64,000 bases of DNA. Source: Octopus vulgaris (taxonomy: Eukaryota). Position 1 is the stretch's first letter; each line of letters opens with the position of its first letter. Positions 55,876 through 64,000 of this stretch are shown in pieces. The position numbers were made by a program, and so were the translations under genes. The notes below the pieces were generated by a model. That model saw only the letters and a program-made list of their open reading frames with translations, did not search any database and was not told where the DNA came from. The DNA lies in the NCBI GenBank assembly GCA_951406725.2, contig OX597815.1:161014001-161078000 (forward strand), read 5' to 3'.

Positions 55876-56669
55876 TATATATTTGTTGTGCAAGATATAT
55901 ATATATATATAATTACAGCTTCTTTCACTCTTCTATGTCTGCACTGTTATGCATGCACACAATCACTTCCTAAAAATCTTTCTTTCTTTCTTTTTCTCTC
56001 TCTCTCTCTCTCTCTCGCTTTCTCTCTCTCTCGCTCTCTCTCCCTCACACACACATTTAATAACAGTTTGATTTGGCTCCATGTTGCAACTTCAAGTTGC
56101 ATAAACTCATCAAAGAAACCTGAGTAATTTTCAAGTTGCAAGGAACTAAATAAGACTTATTAAATAATATATGTAACTACTACCAAATGTGTTGATAGCC
56201 ACATATATGATACAGATACAGTGGAACAATGTCACTGATCAGGTTGCAGTTGGTGCAATGAACATTTTTGATACCATATACCAAATAAGTATAAGTTTAT
56301 TAAATGTACATATATGTAAAGTTATTTACAATTTATCCATGCACAAGTAGTCTCACTTAATACATGCTACCAATGAATTTACTAATATGCAGATAACTAA
56401 AAGTGGTGCCTGTTGTTCAATCATATTGATGTGGAAAAACAAAACTGAAATAGTGATTGATAACAGCAATGATGATAAAAATGCTGTGTTTGTTAACTAT
56501 GATTCATTTTGACATCTTTCTTGATGTATGCGTAATATACTGAATTAGTGTATCAGTACTACAAAAGTGTACCCACTGAACTTAAGAACTCTATTCATGA
56601 ACATATCATTGTACTCCAATAGATTGTCTTATCTTTTCCCATGGACCATGGACCATGGAAGCATGCTAT

Positions 56670-57165
56670 ATCTTTCTCTATTGATTTCTAGTTCCAGCTA
56701 TGGTTGTCCATTCAGCTGGAAATCTTTCAGTCTATTCTGTGACGTTGTCCATCCAGTATCTTGAATTCCCTCTTGTTAATTTTCTATTGACTCTTCTCCT
56801 AAGGATGTAGATGCTGAAGTTCAGCCATGATGACCTGGCCAAAATACTGCAGCTTTCTCTTCCTGACAGTTGCCAAAATTACTCGTTTTGTTCCCACCTC
56901 CGCAGATACAAACTCATTTATTTGATGGACAGTCCAACTGATCCTCGTAACTTTTTGGTTGCACTTGGTTTCAAATGCTTTGAGTTTGGCAGTGTCATTT
57001 TCCCTGAGGGTCCAGCTTTCACATTTGTACAGTACAACATTCCAAATTACTGCCTTCAGGAGCTTTAATTTGATGTTCTTGTTTAGAGTACTGTCTTTCC
57101 ATATTGTAATGAGTTATTATAAGACTGTTCTTACAGCCCTGAATCATGCTTTTAGTGCATGATCT
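56670..57165 (-). pseudogene. RTE-clade LINE RT C-terminal fragment
   Basis: Minus strand VVLYKCESWTLRENDTAKLKAFETKC and ILATVRKRKLQYFGQVI (consensus LYGCESWTL..LEAFE, RKL.YFGH). Confidence 0.85.
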
Positions 57166-57507
57166 TTTTTTTTTATTGTTCTATGACAGCAGTAATAAGT
57201 TTGCATAGAGTTTAACTTGGCTAAAATGAATGATCAGAGTAGAGTATTGAGAACAGAAAACAAGCAACTCAATGATATTTCAAACTTTATTGTTTCACTT
57301 GGGTACAGGGATTTTTATGGCTTAACCACGAACATTGTTAACCATATAATCATTATGTATTTAATATGTAATTAATACATAATTAGTTTGAATGAGATGA
57401 GTAAATCAGGAAGGCATTATGAAATATGAAAAATGAAACAGGAACAGTGTTTAGATTTAAATATTTCATAATTCTTATGTTTGTATGGTTAATAGTGTTC
57501 ACATTTA

Positions 57508-58076
57508 TGGTGGCAAGCTGGCAGAAACATTAGCACGCTGGGCAAAATGCTTAGCAGTAATTTGTCTGCCAATACGTTCTGAGTTCAAATTCCACGGAGG
57601 TTGACTTCGCCTTTCATCCTTTCGGGGTCGATTAAATAAGTACCAGCTACGCACTGGGGTCGATATAATCGACTTAATTCGTTTGTCTGTCTTTGTTCGT
57701 TCCCTCTGGATTTAGCCCCTTGTGGGTAGTAAAGAAATAGGTATTTCATCTGCTGTTACGTTCTGAGTTCAAATTCCGCCAAGGCCAACTTTGCCTTTCA
57801 TTCTTTCGGGGTCAATTAAATAAGCATCAGTTACTTACTGGGGTCGATATAATCGACTTAATCCGTTTGTCTGTCCTTGATTGTCATCTCTGTGTCTATC
57901 CCCTTGTGGGTAGTAAAGAAATAGGTATTTCATCTGCTGCTACGTTCTGAGTTCAAATTCCACCAAGGTCGACTTTGCCTTTCATTCTGCAGTCGATGTA
58001 ATCGACTTAATCCCTTTGTCTGTCCTTGTTTGTTCCCTCTATGTTTAGCCCCCTGTGGGCAATAAAGAAATAAATA
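57508..58076 (+). mobile_element. SINE family C, head plus three tandem body units
   Basis: acgttctgagttcaaattcc at about 57574, 57758 and 57942; each unit ends gtggg.a.taaagaaata. Confidence 0.9.
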
Positions 58077-59514
58077 ACGTTCACATCTGATACAGCTGTA
58101 GAGAATAATGATGAAATCTTGAAATATCATTAAGATCCTTGTTTTCTATTCTTACAAATATTTGAATATCTATTAATTTGATTGTCTAAATAACTGAGCA
58201 TATATATAATATTCTACATATATGTCTATAAAATATATATACATTTTTTAATATAATAATTGTAAATGATTTCTAATGAAATTTATATGCACTCATTTAA
58301 CCCCCTTTCTACATGTATAAGTTTGAAATACAGTAATATATAATATACACAATTACTATAATGCAGTCTTTTTCCATTATCACTACCACTTGACGATTTT
58401 GAATTGATTTTGTTTAGTGTTTTGGTAAATCTTGAAAATTAAACATAAATTTTGTGTTGACTTATTGACGTGAGTGCATGCAGGTATTCATGCTTGCATA
58501 AGCAATATTTGAGATATTAAATTTTCTCAGGATATCAATTTTGTTTTGATTAATCATGTAAACTGGGAAACACATTGATATCTCTATATAGCATGTGAGG
58601 TAAAAAATAAATAAATAAATAAATAAAGTAAAAATAAGGATCAAAAGCTACAAGTAAAATTTTTCACTTTATCAAATGCACTGCTTAAATTATTCAGCTG
58701 TGAAGTTTAACAGTATCTTCATTCACAGTTGACCTACTGCACTTTGTATGGCTTTAAAATTCAAGACATTTTATAACAAATATGATTTATGAAACAAATA
58801 CTATTAACATTGAAACAAAATAGTCTTTTTAGGAAACAAAAAAAAAAGAAAAAAATAGAAAATTAAATTTACGAAATATGAATTATTTTTTTCTGAAACT
58901 GACACACAATTGTATTATAAAATTCTGACTTCACACTATCAAAAGTAATTATCTCATTACACAACTGATTTTAAACATAAAAGTTAAAAAAAAAAAATGC
59001 ATCGTTTATTTTGAAAAACACCTGGAATCAATCAGGGGAAATGACCTACTGTAAACTCTTGTAATCATATATTGATCATGTTTGCATAAATTCACGATGA
59101 AACATTTATTTGGATCAATAGTTCAGTTTACAGATCATCATCATAACTGACTTGCTCAATAGTTTTCAGTTTTTGTTAATAATCTATAAAGTAGTATATC
59201 GTTATAGTACATTTTGCAGTGACTAATTGTGGTAATTCTTTGTTATTTAATTAAAGGGACTTACCACTATTAGTTGTTTGGTTTTGCTTCACGTTTTGAA
59301 TTATAGTTTTAAAAATGCGCTATTTTTTTATAGAATTTATTTCCTGCCATTATTGATTTCAATTAATATCTTTCAGTTGTTGATATGTGTTAAGGTATTG
59401 ACATATGTACATGCTGGTAGTCACTCTTGCATTAACAATATTTGAGATGCCATTTGATATATAATACAGTGAGTGCTGAGAAAATTAGGGATGAATAATT
59501 GGCTTCAGAATGTG

Positions 59515-59672
59515 CTAGGAGTGGTATGGTAAGAGACTTGCTTCCTAGCCACATGGTTCCAAGTTCAGCCCAATCACATTGCACCTTGGGCAAGTGTCTT
59601 CTGCTATAGCCTCGAGCCACTCAAAGCCTTGTGAGTGGATCTTGTAGACAGAAACTGAGAGAAGCCTGTCAT

Positions 59673-59732
<60 letters not shown>

Positions 59733-59978
59733 TTATGTATGTACGTATGTATGTATTTATGCATGTGTCTTTGTGTCTGTGTTTGTCTCTCACCCTCGCT
59801 TAACAACCGATGTTGGTGTGTTTATGTCCCCATAACTTAGCAGTACAGCAAAGAAGACTGATAGAATAAGTGTTAGACTTACAAAGAATAAGTTCTGGGA
59901 TTGATTTCTTTGACTAAAAGAACCCTTTAAGGAGGTGCTCCAGCATGGCCGCAGCCAAATGACTGAAACAAATCAAAA
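59515..59978 (+). mobile_element. SINE family A copy
   Basis: Homologous to 26064-26460 over its full length. Confidence 0.88.
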
Positions 59979-60008
59979 AATATATATATATATATATATA
60001 CGCACACG

Positions 60009-60053
<45 letters not shown>

Positions 60054-60055
<2 letters not shown>

Positions 60056-61002
60056 CAGTTAAGGGTTTAGCAACGAATTGCCTCACCACACACCGAATTT
60101 AGAAATAGCAGTCAAAGAGATATAGCTATTCCTTCTACTAAAAGGGAGATCTCAGTAAAAACACAGCACTTGAAAGGCAAACACAGACAGGTAAGAAAGA
60201 ATGAAATGACGGCAATCTATCATACAATTTTAAGTTACCTACGGACGTACGTTTCGAAATCAAGTTTTAGGAAAGCATAAGAATTAGAAAATTCTACCTT
60301 ACCCAAACTTCTTTTCTCATCGGCGTAGGATACTACAATTATGAATAATTGTATATTAAATTTTGAGATACTAGAAGGCATTATCTCAACTCAGTGTCAG
60401 AGCGAGCCAAAGCATTACCAGTACCACGAAATTCAAAGTGTGAATGAAAGTTTGTGTCACCAGCCCCCTTCCACCCGCGTGTAGCCAAGACAAGATGCTG
60501 TGGTCATTTACTGGGATAAAATATGGTTATCAGTAACAATAAAGGGTGAAATTAATTAATTTGGAATAATTATTAATTACACCAAGTAGATTTCGGCATG
60601 TAAAAGCCTCATTCGAGGAAAATTTAAGTAATACTAAGCAGTTAAGGGTTTAGCAATGAATTGCCTCACCACACACCGAATTTAGAAATAGCAGTCAAAG
60701 AGATATAGCTATTCGTAACTTAAAATTGTATGATAGATTGCCGTCATTTCATTCTTTCTTACCTGTCTGTGTTTGCCTTTCAAGTGCTGTGGTTTTACTG
60801 AGATCTCCCTTTTAGTAGAAGGAATAGCTATATCTCTTTGACAGCTATTTCTAAATTCGGTGTGTGGTGAGGCAATTCGTTGCTAAACCCTTAACTGCTT
60901 AGTATTACTTAAATTTTCCTCGAATGAGGCTTTTACATGCCGAAATCTACTTGGTGTAATTAATAATTATTCCAAATTAATTAATTTCACCCTTTATTGT
61001 TA

Positions 61003-61008
<6 letters not shown>
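60054..61008. mobile_element. Young non-coding hammerhead-bearing retroelement (retrozyme or Penelope pLTR-like), partial tandem plus inverted arm
   Basis: 60054-60131 matches 60637-60714 (78 bp, 1 mismatch, period 583); 60715-61008 is the reverse complement of 60528-60636 joined to 60054-60238; TA arrays on both sides. Confidence 0.8.
60238..60329 (-). ncRNA. Type I hammerhead ribozyme (U4C variant, long stem II)
   Basis: Minus strand CCUACG-CCGAUGA-[61-nt hairpin GAAA...UUUC]-GAAAC-GUAC-GUC-CGUAGG: 6-bp stem I, near-canonical core, palindromic stem III, GUC cleavage triplet. Confidence 0.8.
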
Positions 61009-61071
<63 letters not shown>

Positions 61072-62047
61072 CACTCATGTATTTGCAAATAGTATGTACA
61101 TAACAGATGCAGCAGAATCTCAGGCAGTTTGAGAAAAGAAGCTACACCTTAAATGTCCTACCTTCACTGGAGTAGGGAACATAAAAAAAAACCTTACAAG
61201 AAATATAATTCAGTCGTGCATAAAAACCTGAGCCAATATCTAATGTTGTTCTTACTAGTTTAGAAGGCAACCCTAGACTATTTTGATCTTATGACTTAAT
61301 CTGTGAAACACAACCTCCTCATACTTGACCAAAGTAGTGAGGAAAGAATCATGAAGTAATTATGCATTTAGGAAGATCAGTATGCCTGACTCAAGAAGGC
61401 TGTATAAGAAGTAGGAGGAAGTAGCCAGGTAATATATGAGGATGCTGAACTTCTCAGACAAAATGAGAGACATTTGATAGGAATAGCGTGTGAAGTAGGA
61501 TTGTATAAGAGGGAAGAAGGCTTTATTTTCATCACAACCAAGAGAATATTACTACGAATTCTACTATATTATATATGCCTTATATTTCTTCTTAAGCACA
61601 TATTTTGTATCAGTCATTCTTTTTGTGTCCTGAGTCACCTCTGGGTCATAATCTTTCTTTTAAAAAGATATTAAGGTTGGATTTTTAACAAAACAAGTGA
61701 TACATCAATTTACTCATCAGATAAAGGAAACCTATCCAAATTCACAGAATGAAGACTTTTTTTTTTCAAGGACATGCGAAATATGTAAATACATGCATTC
61801 AATCAATTTATGCTAAATGACAGAAGTGACAAAAGACAAGAAAGTAAGATAGATCATAATGCATGGGTGAGAATAATTTCTTTACTGATGCATTGCTTTT
61901 AATTTTGCTTAATATTCACCTATATTAATGATTATGTTGAGCATGATAGTTATGTTGATAATAAAGCAAATAAACAGCTTGTGTGTGTGTCTGAGTGTGC
62001 GTGTATGTGTGTGTATATACATATATAATATATATATGTGCATTTGA

Positions 62048-62082
<35 letters not shown>

Positions 62083-62134
62083 GTCTTTATTCATTTGTAT
62101 ATAAATATATGTATGTATGTATGTATGTATAAAT

Positions 62135-62415
62135 CATCACCATCATCATAGTTTAATGTCCGCTTTCCATGCTGGTATGGGTTGGACGGTTTGACTGAGG
62201 ATTGGTGCCAGAGGTGCTGCACCAGGCTCCAGTCTGATCTGGCAGTGTTTCTACAGCTGGATGCCCTTCCTAATGCCAACCACTCCATGAGTGTAGTGGG
62301 TGTTTTTTACGTGCCACCGGCACAGGTGCCAGGTGAGGCTGGCAATGGCCACAATTGGTTGGTGCCACCGGCACAGAAGCCAGTCAAGGCGGCGCTGGCA
62401 TTGGCCATGTTCGGC
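62135..62415 (-). mobile_element. RTE LINE 3' UTR copy
   Basis: Matches 23442-23700; contains gtgccaccggcac twice. Confidence 0.85.
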
Positions 62416-62564
62416 CAATATATATATATTATATAGGCGGAAGTTACTGCCATGTGTGTATATGTGTGTGTAGGTGCTCAGTGCCTCTCCGAAAGAGAGA
62501 GAGGGATATATATATATATGTATATGTATGTATATATGTATGTATATATATATGTATATATATG

Positions 62565-62618
<54 letters not shown>

Positions 62619-62975
62619 GGTATATATATGTGTATGTATATATATGTATATATTTAACATTTTTTCATATCTAAATTTTCAGTTTACATAAACCATGTTT
62701 GTAAGCAAGCAAATAAGGATATAATAATTGATGATTCTAAGCTAATAATTTACAGCTTTCTGAAAACAATATTTTATAAATAGTTATTAATCAGCCATGT
62801 TTCAAAACATTTACTTCAATGTACAATCTTAATGTATTCACTGTTCATGCAGCTATTAATAACGGACTCTGTTGGGATTTTATGTATCAGCTTTCTAAAC
62901 ATTAATATGAAATTTCCACTTATTTAAATGGTTTATAATTCAGAAAATTGGGGCTTTAGTTTTTATTCTTTTATT

Positions 62976-63390
62976 CTTATTTCTTTATTGCCCACAGGGG
63001 GCTAAACATAGAGGAGACAAACAAGGACAAACAAAGGGATTAAGTCGATTACATCAACCCCAGTGTGTAACTGGTACTTAATTTATCGACCTCGAAAGGA
63101 TGAAAGGCAAAGGCAATTTGTCAGATTTGAACTCAGAACACAGCAGCAGACGAAATACCTATTTCTTTACTACCCACAAGGGGCTAAACACAGAGGACAA
63201 ACAAGGACAGACAAATGGATTAAGTCGATTATATCGACCCCAGTGCGTAACTGGTACTTATTTAATCGACCCTGAAAGGATGAAAGGCAAAGTCGACCTC
63301 AGCGGAATTTGAACTCAGAACGTAACAGCAGACGAAATAACGCTAAGCATTTTGCCAGGCATGCTAACGATTCTGCCAGCTCACCGCCTT
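62976..63390 (-). mobile_element. SINE family C, head plus two body units
   Basis: Reverse complement of the 57508-58076 type, with the same aaagaaatag|gtatttc junction at about 63150-63170. Confidence 0.88.
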
Positions 63391-63402
63391 TTATTCTTTT
63401 AT

Positions 63403-63800
63403 TCTACTTGTTTCAATCATCTGAGTGAGGCTATGCTGGAGCACTACCTTGAAGGGTTTTTAGTCAAACAATTGACCCTGGGATTTATTTTGTAAACCTA
63501 GTAATTATTTTATCAGACTCTTTTGTGGAGCTGCTAAGTTACAGGGATGTAAACACACCAGCACCAGTCGTCAAAGCAGTGATAGGAGGGACGAACACAG
63601 ACACAAAGACACACACTCATAAATAAACATATATATATAAATATATATACGACAGGCTTCGTTCAGTTTCCACCTACCAAATCCACTCACAAGGCTTTGG
63701 TCAGCCTGAAGCATTAGTAGATGACACTTGCCCAAGGTGCCATGCAGTGGGACTGAACACAGAACCATATGGTTGGGAAGCAAGCTTCTTACCACACAGC
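63403..63800 (-). mobile_element. SINE family A copy
   Basis: Reverse complement of 26064-26460. Confidence 0.88.
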
Positions 63801-64000
63801 CCCATATCCAGAAAACTGTTATGGATGTAAATGAGATTGTGATTAAGAAGTTTGCTTTCTTACTACCTGGTTAGGAGTTTGGAGTTCAATTCCACTCTGT
63901 GGCACCTTGGATAAAAATGTCTTTTACCATAGCCTTGCATTAGCTAAAGACTTTTGATTAAAATTTAATCCATAGAAAGCTTCTTCAAGCTTCTTGCTAG

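Noticed and set aside
60919-60952. Second hammerhead-like motif CGAAUGA-GGC..GCC-GAAA (mirrored at about 60585-60617)
   Set aside because: Core deviates from CUGANGA and no convincing stem I, stem III or NUH site could be built

Overview
AT-rich eukaryotic (animal) non-coding DNA, dense in microsatellites and interspersed repeats. The repeat set (tRNA-headed CORE-type SINEs, RTE 3' ends with GAT tails, abundant TA/CA/GATA arrays) resembles a coleoid cephalopod such as Octopus; this is an inference, not a verified assignment. No intact host protein-coding gene is supported, and nearly all ORFs in the track are microsatellite or repeat artefacts. Recognisable content includes decayed Penelope-like, CR1, RTE and Gypsy-type RT fragments; Tc1, mariner and piggyBac transposase remnants; Tc1/mariner, hAT and piggyBac MITEs; a Helitron and a Helentron-type element; several SINE families; and a full-length U6 snRNA retrocopy. 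Three things stand out. (1) A young 583-nt non-coding unit at 60054-61008 carries a type I hammerhead ribozyme (U4C core, 61-nt stem II), arranged as a partial tandem plus an inverted arm starting next to the predicted cleavage site, which fits a retrozyme or Penelope-derived circular RNA element. (2) Further hammerhead-like motifs occur in other small elements. (3) A U6/retroelement-tail chimera sits inside a CR1 fragment. Repeat boundaries are approximate unless TSDs or TIRs are quoted, and no alignments or database searches were run.
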